Positions 1 through 10,347 of a stretch of 64,000 bases of DNA are shown one piece after another. The notes under the pieces were generated by a model. That model had not been told where the DNA came from and searched no databases. It was given only the letters and a program-made list of their open reading frames with translations. Both the position numbers and the translations under genes were made by a program. The stretch is taken from the NCBI GenBank assembly GCA_963665125.2, contig CAXXUK010000002.1, positions 64,001 through 128,000 on the forward strand, in the 5' to 3' direction. This stretch comes from an uncultured Desulfarculus sp. (GTDB taxonomy: Bacteria; Desulfobacterota; Desulfarculia; Desulfarculales; Desulfarculaceae). The number at the start of each line of letters is the position of its first letter. The first letter of the stretch is position 1.

Positions 1-13
1 AAGGAGACGGGCC

Positions 14-1294
14 GTGCTGGATCTGAAATTCGTTCGTGAAAACCTGGAACTTGTCCAGACCTCCATCGCCAACCGCAACGCCAAGGTGGATATGGACGCC
101 TATGGCCGATTGGACACCCGCCGCCGGGAGATTTTGCCCGAGCTGGAGGGCCTGCGGGCCAAGCGCAACGAGGTCAGCGGCCAGGTCGCCCAGATGAAAA
201 AGGCCGGTGAAAACCCCACCGAGCTGTTCGCCGAAATGAAACAGGTGGGCGGCCGGATCAAGGAGCTGGAAACGGCCCTGTCCGATGTCGAGGCCGAGCT
301 TTCGGCCCTGACCATGACCATCCCCAACATCCCCCACGAATCGGTGCCCGTGGGCGCCAGCGAAGACGACAACCCGGTGGTCTTCACCTGGGGCGATCCG
401 CCGAGGTTCGACTTCGAGCCCCTGAACCATTGGGACATCGGCACGGGCCTGGACATCATCGACTTTGAACGGGCCGCCCGGATGACCGGCGCCCGCTTCG
501 CCGTCTTGAAGGGCGCGGGAGCCAGGCTGGAGCGGGCCCTGACCAGCTTCATGCTCGACATCCACACCACCGAGCACGGCTATAAGGAAATTCTGCCGCC
601 GTTCATGGTCAACACCCAGGCCATGACCGGCACGGGCCAGCTGCCCAAATTCGCCGAGGACCTGTTCAAGGTGGAGGGCACCGACTATTGGCTGATCCCC
701 ACCGCCGAGGTGCCGGTGACCAACCTGCACATGGACGAGATCCTCGACGGCGAGAAGCTGCCCCTGTTCTACACGGCCTACACCCCGTGCTTCCGGGCCG
801 AGGCCGGCAGCCACGGCAAGGACGTGCGCGGGCTGATCCGCCAGCACCAGTTCGACAAGGTGGAGCTGGTGCGCATCGTGCGCCCCGAAGACAGCTTCGA
901 ACACCTGGAGCAACTCACGGCCAACGCCGAGGTTATACTCCAGCGCCTGGGCCTGCCCTACCGCAAGATCGTGCTTTGCACCGGCGATCTGGGCTTTTCG
1001 GCGGCCAAGACCTATGACTTGGAGGTCTGGGTGCCGGGTCAGGACCGCTACCGCGAGATCAGCTCCTGCTCCAACTTTGAATCGTTCCAGGCCCGCCGGG
1101 CCGGCATCCGCTTCAAGGACAAAGGCCAGAAGGGAACCACCCTGGCCCACACCCTCAATGGTTCGGGTCTGGCCGTGGGCCGTACCCTGGTGGCCATCCT
1201 GGAGAACTACCAGCAGGCCGACGGCTCGGTGAAAATCCCCGAGGCCCTTATGCCCTATATGGGCGGGCTTAGCGTCATCGAGCGGGCGGAGTAG
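14..1294 (+). CDS. serS: Seryl-tRNA synthetase
   Basis: MLD start, LIPTAEVP, motif 2 [48 protein letters not shown] before GTG. Confidence 0.98.
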   Translation: MLDLKFVRENLELVQTSIANRNAKVDMDAYGRLDTRRREILPELEGLRAKRNEVSGQVAQMKKAGENPTELFAEMKQVGGRIKELETALSDVEAELSALTMTIPNIPHESVPVGASEDDNPVVFTWGDPPRFDFEPLNHWDIGTGLDIIDFERAARMTGARFAVLKGAGARLERALTSFMLDIHTTEHGYKEILPPFMVNTQAMTGTGQLPKFAEDLFKVEGTDYWLIPTAEVPVTNLHMDEILDGEKLPLFYTAYTPCFRAEAGSHGKDVRGLIRQHQFDKVELVRIVRPEDSFEHLEQLTANAEVILQRLGLPYRKIVLCTGDLGFSAAKTYDLEVWVPGQDRYREISSCSNFESFQARRAGIRFKDKGQKGTTLAHTLNGSGLAVGRTLVAILENYQQADGSVKIPEALMPYMGGLSVIERAE

Positions 1295-1297
1295 ATC

Positions 1298-2533
1298 TTG
1301 AAAGGCTCACTGGCCAAGGCTCTGCTGGCCATCGCCGCCATATTGGCCCTGCTGATCCTGTTGCCCGCCCCCCACACGTCGGCCAACCGCTTTTCGGCCA
1401 AGATGCCCGCGTGCGCCCTGGAAAAGTGCCAGATGCCGCCGCTTTTGGACGGCAACCTTGGCGAACTGGTCCATCAGGGCAAGGCCCTGGTGGAGCATCC
1501 GGCCCTGGGCAAGGTCTACGTGCGTTCCACTGTTGACGCCGGACTGCAAAAAAAGGCCGAAGACCTGCTCAAGGGCCAGCGCAGCCTGCGGGCGGCGGTT
1601 GCCTTGGTCGACGCCCACAGCGGCCGGGTGCTGGTTTTGGCCGGGGCCAAGGGACAGCGTCTGGACCCGTACCAGGCCCTGGACTCCACCGCGCCGGCGG
1701 CATCGCTGTTCAAGCTGGTTACCGCCGCCGCAGCCCTGGAGGAGACGCCCCTGCATCCCGAAAGCCAGATGCGCTACTGCGGCCGCTACACCACGCTGTA
1801 CCGCTATCAACTCAAGGAAAAGCTGCGCCGCTGGGTGACCCAGGTCAGCCTGGCACGCAGTTTTGCCCAAAGCAACAACCCTGTGTTCGGCCGCATCGGG
1901 GCTTTGCGCCTGGGCGAAGACCTGCTCACCCGCTATGCCCTGCAACTGGGCTTTGAGCAGGAACTGAGCTTCGAGTTGCCCCTGGGCCAGAGCGAACTTT
2001 TGCACCCCGAAGACAAGTACGCCCTGGCCGAGATGGCCTCGGGCTTCAATCGCACGACGTCCCTGAGTCCCCTGCATGCGGCGTTATTGGTGGGCGCCTT
2101 TGTCAATGGCGGCCGCCTGGCCCAGCCCTATCTGGTGGAGCAGGCCCATGACCAGGACGGCAAGGTCGTCTATGTCGGCCGGCCCCACCTGGGCCCGCCG
2201 GTGGTCAGCCCCAAGACCTGCCAGCACATGCGCCAGCTGTTGCAGGCCACCATCACCTGCGGCACGGCCCGCAAGGCCTTTCGCAACCACAACAGGGACC
2301 GGGTGCTAAAACACCTGGAACTGGGCGGCAAGACCGGCACCATCCGGGGCCAGAACCGCAGCGAGCTGTATCAGTGGTTTGCCGGTTACGGCCGGGACCC
2401 CCTGACCGGCCGCACCTACGCCGTGGCCGCCCTGGCCGTGCACGGCAAGGTCCGCTACACCAATCCCCGCGCCTTGGCCGCCTCGATGATCAAGGCGGCC
2501 TTCAGCCAGCCGCACATAGCCGCCGCCCATTAG
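1298..2533 (+). CDS. Penicillin-binding transpeptidase-domain protein
   Basis: N-terminal anchor; SxxK (ASLFK), SxN (SNN) and KTG (GKTGT) motifs. Confidence 0.85.
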   Translation: MKGSLAKALLAIAAILALLILLPAPHTSANRFSAKMPACALEKCQMPPLLDGNLGELVHQGKALVEHPALGKVYVRSTVDAGLQKKAEDLLKGQRSLRAAVALVDAHSGRVLVLAGAKGQRLDPYQALDSTAPAASLFKLVTAAAALEETPLHPESQMRYCGRYTTLYRYQLKEKLRRWVTQVSLARSFAQSNNPVFGRIGALRLGEDLLTRYALQLGFEQELSFELPLGQSELLHPEDKYALAEMASGFNRTTSLSPLHAALLVGAFVNGGRLAQPYLVEQAHDQDGKVVYVGRPHLGPPVVSPKTCQHMRQLLQATITCGTARKAFRNHNRDRVLKHLELGGKTGTIRGQNRSELYQWFAGYGRDPLTGRTYAVAALAVHGKVRYTNPRALAASMIKAAFSQPHIAAAH

Positions 2534-2822
2534 TATTTCATGAAATTATTTTAGTTAGTTTTTAATAGGGTCTAATAGTTGGTCAAGCGGTTGGACGGCG
2601 TGTCAATTAATAGGGCAAATCAACTAAAATAATTTCACCCTTCGGGCGGCCCCCATGGGCTCATTTGCTTCGTTATCAAGGCCTTGCGGCACAAATTGTA
2701 CGGCAGCGGCCTTGAAGCCTCTCAACTGAGCCCACGGAGCCCGTGAAATACACTTTTGCTTTGGCCGCCAGCCTTTTTGCGCCGTCGGTGGCCACGGCGA
2801 AGACCTCGCTTTCGCCGGTCGG

Positions 2823-3806
2823 TTACTTGATGGCGATGGGCTGTCCGATACCTTGCACCGTGCCCCGAATCTTGGGGTGGGTGAAGTTGAAAAAGAAGGC
2901 GTATTTGCCGTCCTTTTTGCAGGCCTCGGCCAACTCGGCCAGCCTTAGGTTCTGGAACTGATAGATGCCGTTGCCCAACAGGATCACGTGGCACGGGACA
3001 AAGCCCGCGCCATAGATGTCTTTGGGGAAGCCCTGGTGCGGGAACACCTCTGTGTTCCATTGGTCCGTGCCCACGCCGACAACGCCTTTGTCCACCAGAT
3101 ACCAGGCGATGTCCTCGCCGATACCGGGGTTGCTGGCTGCGAACTTTTTATCGTTGGCGCCCAACAAGCGCATCCAGCCGGTGTTGATCAACACGGCGTC
3201 GCCGGGTTGAATTTGCAGGTCATGCTTGGCCAGACAGGCCTTGAAGTCCTCGAGGCTGATTTCCTCGGAGTCACCCAGGTTGCGTCCCAGAAAATCCACC
3301 AAGTCCACCAGTATGGCCCTGGTTACCAACGGAGGCACGGTTTCCATGCCGAACTTCTTGGCGCCCGAGGGGTCCACAATGTCCTTTTGCGGAGTGGCGT
3401 TGTAAAAGACGTGGTCGTGGCCCACGTGGGCGAAGCCGTCCAGCTGGGTGGACAGGCCGGTGGACATGGAAACGAACTCCTCCATGTCTGTGGCTTTGTC
3501 ATAGCCGCGAGGAGGATCCACCGTCAGGCCGTGGACCAAAAGCCAGACAAAAACATCGCGGGGAGGATAGGCGGGAAAGCCTTTGTAATATTCGTTGCCC
3601 AGATCGAAAACCCTGCCCTCTTTCACAAGATTTGCCGCTTCCAAAACCTTTTGGGGGGTCAGGTGGTTGGCGTTGCCGATCTGGTCGTCGGGGCCCCATT
3701 TGGAAGGCTTGGGCATGAATTTGTTTTCGGCCCCGGCCTGCGCGGCCATGGCCAAAAAAACGATGCTAGCAAACACCAAGATCATCACCCCAAGTCCGCG
3801 TCTCAC
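2823..3806 (-). CDS. Cyclase-family metal-dependent hydrolase with signal peptide
   Basis: SKWGPDDQIGNAN, TQLDGFAH, GDAVLINTGW, GVGTD; N-terminal signal peptide. Confidence 0.85.
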   Translation of the reverse strand: MRRGLGVMILVFASIVFLAMAAQAGAENKFMPKPSKWGPDDQIGNANHLTPQKVLEAANLVKEGRVFDLGNEYYKGFPAYPPRDVFVWLLVHGLTVDPPRGYDKATDMEEFVSMSTGLSTQLDGFAHVGHDHVFYNATPQKDIVDPSGAKKFGMETVPPLVTRAILVDLVDFLGRNLGDSEEISLEDFKACLAKHDLQIQPGDAVLINTGWMRLLGANDKKFAASNPGIGEDIAWYLVDKGVVGVGTDQWNTEVFPHQGFPKDIYGAGFVPCHVILLGNGIYQFQNLRLAELAEACKKDGKYAFFFNFTHPKIRGTVQGIGQPIAIK

Positions 3807-4066
3807 GATAAGCCCTCCCGATTTTTCGAGGAAAACAACTATATGATCGAGCGATGGAAATCAGGCCCCAAACACCACTTTGAGGTTTCGCCGTGAAAAG
3901 ACAACGCGAACCATCATGTTGGCGTTTTGATTGGCGCATCATATCAGCATGTTAACAGGTCTTAAACTGCTTTCCTGTCCATGCCGCTGCATTATTAAGG
4001 TCATAGGCTTGTGGATTGGCCGAATCGTATCGGCAGGGCCCGCGCGGTTGCGCCCGGTGGGCTGGT

Positions 4067-4501
4067 TTATCTGGCAATCTGTTCGGCCGGTACGCTGATC
4101 ATGGTGACCATGGCCTTGGCCACCAGCTTTTCCGCACCGTCGGCGGCCACGGCGAAGATTTCACTTTCGCCGGGCAGGATCGTGCGGCCGGGGCTGAGGA
4201 TTCTGGAGCGGCAGACCAGGGCCACCCCCGCGGCGGGTTTCATGAAATTGATCTTGAATTCAATGGTCAGGATACGCCGGTCGGGCGGCTGGAGGGTGAA
4301 TGCGGCGTATCCGGCGGTGTGGTCGGCCATGGTGGCGCAGACCCCGGCATGGGCGATGCCGTCCTGCTGCATGTGGCGGGGCTCCAACTCCAGCCGGGAT
4401 TCGAACACCCCGTCACCGGCCTTGAGGGGAAGGTAGCCCACGAATTCGGTGAACCCCTGGATAAAGTCCCGCATCAGATAATCGGCCCGCGCCTTGTCCA
4501 T
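4067..4501 (-). CDS. PaaI-family (hotdog) thioesterase
   Basis: QQDGIAHAGVCATMAD and TIEFKINFMKPA motifs. Confidence 0.9.
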   Translation of the reverse strand: MDKARADYLMRDFIQGFTEFVGYLPLKAGDGVFESRLELEPRHMQQDGIAHAGVCATMADHTAGYAAFTLQPPDRRILTIEFKINFMKPAAGVALVCRSRILSPGRTILPGESEIFAVAADGAEKLVAKAMVTMISVPAEQIAR

Positions 4502-4658
4502 CAGCGGCCTCCTTGCAACTGGTCATCGGCAGTGGTTTCTCCTAGGGCATAATCCGGGTTTTTTACAGTCAGGTCAAGTTGATGAGGACTCCGGCCCATA
4601 GGTGGCCCATCTTGACTTTTTTCCCAAACGGGAGTTATAGTCCACCAAACATCTTTCA

Positions 4659-6488
4659 ATGAATGGTCCTCATCCTTGGGGGGATGCAGTGGTCAAGCAG
4701 GCTTCTTCCGGCAATTCTATCAGAAGTTTGTTGTGCCGTTGCGGCGCTGGCGCGCTGTTGTGTTCGGCGGCTGTCCACAGTCAGCTCTTATGGGCGGCTG
4801 ACAACCACGATTACGATGACCTTGCGCTGCGGCTGGCCCTAGCCGTTTCGATGGGGCTGCTTTTGGCCGCGGTTTTCCAATGGTTTCTGTATAAAATAAT
4901 CCAACGCCGCAACGCCGCCCCCGACAGCACCGTGGACCAAATCTGCCTGGCCTTGTGGCCCGGAATGTTGATCCTCTTTCAAGGTGTCCACCCCGCCCTT
5001 GCCTGGATCGGCCTGGCCCTGAGTCTGCTGTTGCTGACACGGCTATTGCTGCAAAGGCGCCTTGATCTTTCCTGGCCGAAGATTTTTAAAAAATTTGCGC
5101 TGTTCATGCTGCTGGTGTTTATCGGAGTGGTCCTGGCGGCCGTGGTGGGTGAAATTTTTCTGCGCGAGGCCATTTTATTGGGGCCGGATTTCGACTTTTC
5201 ACCCAATGGCGAGCGGACCCATAAAACCATTCCCCTGGCCGGGGCTGCCGCCGGCATGCGCTATCATTTCTGGCGAACGCCCCACCAACCCGATGCCATC
5301 CGTATTTTATTGCTGGGCGACTCCATCACCTATGGCGCGGGCATCAGGGACGCCAACATGATCTACGTCAACCAGTTGGAAAACATCCTCAAAGACAGCG
5401 GCGGGAAATATGAGTTGAGCGTTGTCAGCCAATGCGGACGGGAGGTCGACGATCATCTCAGGCAGCTTCGCCGCTACGGACCGGACTATAAGCCCGATAT
5501 CATCGTTTACCAGTGGTATTGCAACGATATAACCATCGGCAAGCACGGCATGCCCTGGCCCGAGAAAATCTGGATGGAGGATATGCCGGGCCACGAGTGG
5601 CTGATGGAACATTCATATCTGTGGTATTTCCTGGTTAAAAAGTTTCGTTCCGTGGGCCACCGTTCCTTTGTGGATTATCTGCTCAACGACTATCCGCCGG
5701 GGTCGGACAACTGGACCAGATTCAGCTTGTGTTTCAGGGAATTCCTGGGCGAGGCGACCAGCCTGGCCAAGCGTGTGATAGTGGTCATGTATCCGGCCAT
5801 GCCTTATGGCGGGGTCAGCAAACAGGACTACAGCCTGCTGCCCCTGGAAAACAGGGTCAAGCATGAGGTGGATTCCGGGTTTGTCGAGATCCCGGCGAAA
5901 TACCTTCCAAGGATGGTGGGGGCGGAAATCAAGGACACCGGTTCCGCTACCGGCGTGGCGCGTTTCGCCGCCAAGGGGCCGCAGAATAGGGGCTTTCTGC
6001 TCTTCGGGCCGTACGTGCCTCTGAGCAAAGGCAAGTTCAAGGTTGTTTTCCGGCTCAAGACCGCCGGCGCCGCCAAAGACGCCGTGGCCCGCATCGAGGT
6101 GGTGGCCGACAAGGGCAAGGCCGTGCTGGCCGCCAGGGATCTCCACGGCGGCGATTTCAAGACGGCCAACCGCTATCAGGAGTTTGAACTGGATTTCAAG
6201 ACCGCCGACGACAGATACGAAGACGCCGAATTCCGCCTGCTCAATTACGGCAATGCCGATATTTGGGTCGACAACCTGCGTTTCTATTGGCCCCTGGAGA
6301 GCCGGGTGGAGTTCGTTGACCTCATAGACGACCTGCAGGGCCTGAGGACCTGGGTGACCCCTTATGACGGCCATCCCAGCGAAAGGGCCCACGGCATAGT
6401 CGCCAAAACCCTGGCCAAGGTTATCACCCAAAAGGAATTGCCCGCACCGGGCGCGACCCAACATACCAAAGCCGCGGCGGTCCACTGA
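4659..6488 (+). CDS. Membrane-anchored SGNH/GDSL hydrolase with inserted beta-rich domain (start may be GTG at 4689)
   Basis: Several N-terminal TM segments; LLGDSIT block I, YCND block III, DGHP block V. Confidence 0.7.
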   Translation: MNGPHPWGDAVVKQASSGNSIRSLLCRCGAGALLCSAAVHSQLLWAADNHDYDDLALRLALAVSMGLLLAAVFQWFLYKIIQRRNAAPDSTVDQICLALWPGMLILFQGVHPALAWIGLALSLLLLTRLLLQRRLDLSWPKIFKKFALFMLLVFIGVVLAAVVGEIFLREAILLGPDFDFSPNGERTHKTIPLAGAAAGMRYHFWRTPHQPDAIRILLLGDSITYGAGIRDANMIYVNQLENILKDSGGKYELSVVSQCGREVDDHLRQLRRYGPDYKPDIIVYQWYCNDITIGKHGMPWPEKIWMEDMPGHEWLMEHSYLWYFLVKKFRSVGHRSFVDYLLNDYPPGSDNWTRFSLCFREFLGEATSLAKRVIVVMYPAMPYGGVSKQDYSLLPLENRVKHEVDSGFVEIPAKYLPRMVGAEIKDTGSATGVARFAAKGPQNRGFLLFGPYVPLSKGKFKVVFRLKTAGAAKDAVARIEVVADKGKAVLAARDLHGGDFKTANRYQEFELDFKTADDRYEDAEFRLLNYGNADIWVDNLRFYWPLESRVEFVDLIDDLQGLRTWVTPYDGHPSERAHGIVAKTLAKVITQKELPAPGATQHTKAAAVH

Positions 6489-6726
6489 AAAAACACGAGA
6501 AAAGCAAACGCCGGCAAAGGATTGGGAAGCCGAACCGCCGAAATTTCCGCCGGCCATGACCCACTGCGGGCATGGGTCTGGCGGTGTGGTTCGTCCGCCT
6601 CTTGCCAAAGGCGACGCTCCAGCGTAACATAGCCTTGATTCTAGCGATTCGCCATTGCGCCCATACCAATGTATCAGGGTGCACGGGGTTTGACTTCCCC
6701 TGTGTCGGTCTTGATCGGGAGAAGAC

Positions 6727-8985
6727 TTGAGCGCCGCGGAAAACGAACAGAGAAGAAAGGAACTGGCCCGGCGAAAGCGTGAGCGCATCATCATGGTGGT
6801 GCTGCTGCTGCTGGTTGCCGGTCTGACTTTTCTCGAAACCCAGGTGGTGACGATATCCACGCCGTTGCCCATGGGTTCGTCGGTGCTGATCTTCGCCCTG
6901 ATCAATATCAACGCTCTGCTGCTGCTGCTGGTAATATTTTTATTTTTCCGCAACCTGGTCAAGCTGATGATGGAGCGGCGGCGGGGCGTCCTGGGCGCCC
7001 GGCTGCGCACCAAACTTGTGGTGGCCTTTGTCATTTTGTCCCTGGCTCCAACGGCGGTGTTGTTTTTCGCGGCATTCCAGTTCGTGGGCACATCCATGGA
7101 ATACTGGTTCAGCGCCCAGGTTGAGCAGTCGCTTTTCGAGGCCATGGAGGTCACCGAGGGCTACAACCAGCAGCTGGCCAGCAACGCCACCCACTTTGCC
7201 GAGATCATCTCCCGCGAACTGCCACGGACCAAGGCCAGCATGAGCAAGCCTTCCCAGCAACTGGCCGATTTGCTCGAGGAGCGGCGCGATCTTTACGGTC
7301 TGGCCGCGGTGAGGGCCTTTTCGCCGGAGTTGGAGGAATTGGCCTATGCCACCCAGAGCGGCACCCATATCAGCCACGTACAGGCCTTTCCCCTGGATCT
7401 GGTCAAGCGGGCCATGGAGGAAAAAAGGGGCCTGATCCACTTGCAGTCAGCGCCAACCGGCGACTTCGCCGCCGCCGTGGAGCCCATTAAACGGGGCGGC
7501 AAGGTGACCGGTGCGGTGGCCGTGTTCCGCCTGTTGCCTCCGGGGGCTTTGGCCCGCACCAAGGAGGTGCGCAAGGGCCTGGAGGACTACCGCCAGCTCA
7601 AGGCCGTCAAGAACCCCATCCGCACCAATCTGTACATTACCCTGTCCATCGTCACCCTGTTGATCATCTTTGCCGCCACCTGGTTCGGTTTCCAACTGGC
7701 CAACACCATTACCGTGCCCCTGGGCAAGATCGCCAAGGGCACCCAGCGCGTGGCCGAGGGCGATTACGACTTTTTCGTGGACGCCGAAGGGCCCGACGAG
7801 ATCGGCACGCTGGTCAACGCCTTCAACCGGATGACGGCTGACCTGAAGACATCCAAGGCCAGGCTGGACGAAGCCCAGGAGGAAATGCGCCGCACCAACC
7901 GCGAGCTTGACCGGCGCAGGCGCTACATGGAGATCGTGTTGCGCAGCGTTGCCGCCGGTGTTATCGCCATGGACGCCGGCGGCGTGATCACCACCTTCAA
8001 CCAGTCGGCCGAGCGCCTGTTGAATGTCCAGGCCGACGGCGTGTTGGGCTCCAACTGGCGCGATATCATGGGCGGGCAGGTCCGTGAGCTGATGGACCGC
8101 CTGATGCAGGGGCTGTTGCCCGGCGCGCGCTCAGCGGTGGACCAGCAGGTGCGTCTGGATACGCCCGGCGGCCCCACCACCCTGATGGTCCACATGGGCC
8201 AGCTCAAGGGCGACGCGGGCCAGGACCTGGGCGTTGTGGTGGTCTTCGAGGACCTAACCGAACTGGAAAAGGCCCAGCGCATGGCCGCCTGGCGCGAGGT
8301 GGCCCGGCGCATCGCCCATGAGGTGAAAAACCCCCTGACGCCCATCAAGCTTTCGGCCCAGCGCCTGGTGCGCCGCTACCAGGGCCGCATCGGCGACGAC
8401 GACGAGGTCTTCGATCAGTGCACCCACACCATCATCCACCAGGTGGAGGAACTGCGGCGGCTGGTCAACGAATTCAGCACCTTTGCCCGTCTGCCCTCGG
8501 CCAAGCCCGCCCCTGCCGATTTAAAGCGGCTGGTGGAAGACGCTTTGGCCCTGTTCCGCACGGGCAGGGCGGACATCAATTTCGAGCTGGAATGCGAAGG
8601 CGAGATACCGGTGTTCGATCTGGACAAGGAGCAGATTTCCCGGGCCCTGATCAACCTGTTGGACAACGCCGTGGCGGCCATGGAGGGCGTCGATGGCCCC
8701 GGTCAGGTGGTGGTGCGCCTTAGCTATGACGAGATCCTCAAATACGTGCGCCTGGAGGTTGAGGACACCGGCAAGGGCGTATCGGCCCAGGACAAGATCC
8801 ATCTGTTCGAACCGTATTTTTCCACCAAAAAAGGCGGCACCGGCCTGGGTCTGAGCATTGTCAGCACCATCACCGCGGACCACGGCGGGTATATCCGGGT
8901 CCAGGACAATCAGCCCCAGGGTACGCGGATGATCATTGAATTACCGGTTCGCGGCATGCGGCCGGCCAGGCCGGAGGCCGTATGA
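6727..8985 (+). CDS. ntrY: NtrY-like HAMP-PAS sensor histidine kinase
   Basis: RLRTKLV, HAMP DEIGTLVNAFNRM, H-box AWREVARRIAHEVKNPLTPI, FEPYFSTKKGGTGLGL. Confidence 0.85.
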   Translation: MSAAENEQRRKELARRKRERIIMVVLLLLVAGLTFLETQVVTISTPLPMGSSVLIFALININALLLLLVIFLFFRNLVKLMMERRRGVLGARLRTKLVVAFVILSLAPTAVLFFAAFQFVGTSMEYWFSAQVEQSLFEAMEVTEGYNQQLASNATHFAEIISRELPRTKASMSKPSQQLADLLEERRDLYGLAAVRAFSPELEELAYATQSGTHISHVQAFPLDLVKRAMEEKRGLIHLQSAPTGDFAAAVEPIKRGGKVTGAVAVFRLLPPGALARTKEVRKGLEDYRQLKAVKNPIRTNLYITLSIVTLLIIFAATWFGFQLANTITVPLGKIAKGTQRVAEGDYDFFVDAEGPDEIGTLVNAFNRMTADLKTSKARLDEAQEEMRRTNRELDRRRRYMEIVLRSVAAGVIAMDAGGVITTFNQSAERLLNVQADGVLGSNWRDIMGGQVRELMDRLMQGLLPGARSAVDQQVRLDTPGGPTTLMVHMGQLKGDAGQDLGVVVVFEDLTELEKAQRMAAWREVARRIAHEVKNPLTPIKLSAQRLVRRYQGRIGDDDEVFDQCTHTIIHQVEELRRLVNEFSTFARLPSAKPAPADLKRLVEDALALFRTGRADINFELECEGEIPVFDLDKEQISRALINLLDNAVAAMEGVDGPGQVVVRLSYDEILKYVRLEVEDTGKGVSAQDKIHLFEPYFSTKKGGTGLGLSIVSTITADHGGYIRVQDNQPQGTRMIIELPVRGMRPARPEAV

Positions 8986-10340
8986 GTTCCCATGTGCTCA
9001 TAGTCGATGACGAGATAGCCATTTGCCAGTCCCTGGAGGGCATTCTGGGCGACGAGGGCTATCAGACCAGCAGCGTAAACACCGGGGAGGCGGCTCTGGC
9101 CAGCGTGGCCGAGGACGCCCCCGACCTGATCTTTTTGGATATCTGGATGCCGGGAATTGACGGCCTGGACGTATTGGCACGGATCAAACAGACCCACCCC
9201 GCTTTGCCCGTGGTGATGATCAGCGGCCACGCCACCATCGAGACGGCGGTCAAGGCAACCAGGCTGGGGGCCTTTGACTTCATCGAAAAGCCCCTTGACA
9301 TGGACAAACTGATCCTGGCCGCCCGCAACGCCATCCAGTTCGCCCGCATGGCCGCCGAGAACCAGCTTTTGCGGGAGAGGACGGGCTCGGCCACCATCAC
9401 CGGCGACAGCCCGGCCATCACCAGGGTCAAACAGTCCATCGAAAAGGTGGCCCCCACCGACAGCTGGGTGCTCATCACCGGCGAAAACGGCACGGGCAAG
9501 GAGCTGGTGGCCCACGCCATCCACCGCCAGAGCCAGCGCGGCGCACAGGCCATGGTGGACGTCAACTGCGCGGCCATCCCGGAAGAGCTCATTGAAAGCG
9601 AGCTGTTCGGCCACGAAAAGGGGGCCTTCACCGGGGCCGTGGCGGCCAAGCGGGGCAAGTTCGACCTGGCCCACCGGGGCACCCTGTTTTTGGACGAGAT
9701 CGGCGACATGAGCCTCAAGACCCAGGCCAAGATCCTGCGCATCCTCCAGGAACAGCGCTTCGAGCGCGTCGGCGGCACCCGGACCTTCGAGGTGGATGTG
9801 CGGGTTCTGGCCGCCACCAACAAGGACTTGCAGGCCGAGATCGCCGCGGGCAGTTTCCGGGAAGACCTCTATTACCGCCTCAACGTCATCCCCATCCATG
9901 TGCCGCCCCTGCGGGAGCGAGTAGAAGACATCCCGGCCCTGGCCGAGGTGTTTCTGCGCGAGGCGGCCATCCGCAACCACACCGAGCCCAAGACCATCAG
10001 CCCCGAAGCCCTGGAAATGCTGACGGGGCTGCCCTGGCCCGGCAATGTCCGGGAGCTGAAAAACCTGGTGGAGCGCATGGTGATCCTCAGCGCCGGGGAC
10101 GTCATCGGCCCGGCCGACCTGCCCCGGCCGGCCGGCGCGGTGGCCGCCAACGGCGGCGGCATTCCCGCCGAACTGATGGACGCCGACTACAAGGACGCCC
10201 GGGCGGCATTTGAAAAATATTACCTGGAGCGCAAGCTCAAGCAGTTCGAGGGCAACATCTCGGCAACCGCCGAGGCCGTTGGCCTGGAGCGCTCGCATCT
10301 GCACAAAAAGCTCAAGGCCCTGGGCATTGAAAGAGATTAA
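8982..10340 (+). CDS. ntrX: NtrX-like sigma-54-dependent response regulator
   Basis: REC (LDIWMPG), GENGTGKE, GAFTGA, C-terminal HTH GLERSHLHKKLK; ATGA overlap with the kinase. Confidence 0.88.
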   Translation: MSSHVLIVDDEIAICQSLEGILGDEGYQTSSVNTGEAALASVAEDAPDLIFLDIWMPGIDGLDVLARIKQTHPALPVVMISGHATIETAVKATRLGAFDFIEKPLDMDKLILAARNAIQFARMAAENQLLRERTGSATITGDSPAITRVKQSIEKVAPTDSWVLITGENGTGKELVAHAIHRQSQRGAQAMVDVNCAAIPEELIESELFGHEKGAFTGAVAAKRGKFDLAHRGTLFLDEIGDMSLKTQAKILRILQEQRFERVGGTRTFEVDVRVLAATNKDLQAEIAAGSFREDLYYRLNVIPIHVPPLRERVEDIPALAEVFLREAAIRNHTEPKTISPEALEMLTGLPWPGNVRELKNLVERMVILSAGDVIGPADLPRPAGAVAANGGGIPAELMDADYKDARAAFEKYYLERKLKQFEGNISATAEAVGLERSHLHKKLKALGIERD

Positions 10341-10347
10341 CGGAGGC

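Noticed and set aside
14..1294. Functional clustering of serS with selC
   Set aside because: They are about 56 kb apart with unrelated genes between and no selA, selB or selD here.
2531..2720. AT-rich patch with palindrome ATTTCATGAAAT and AGGGCAAA resembling the start of a c-di-GMP-I riboswitch
   Set aside because: The GAAA loop and GACGCAAA elements are lacking, and it lies between convergent gene ends.
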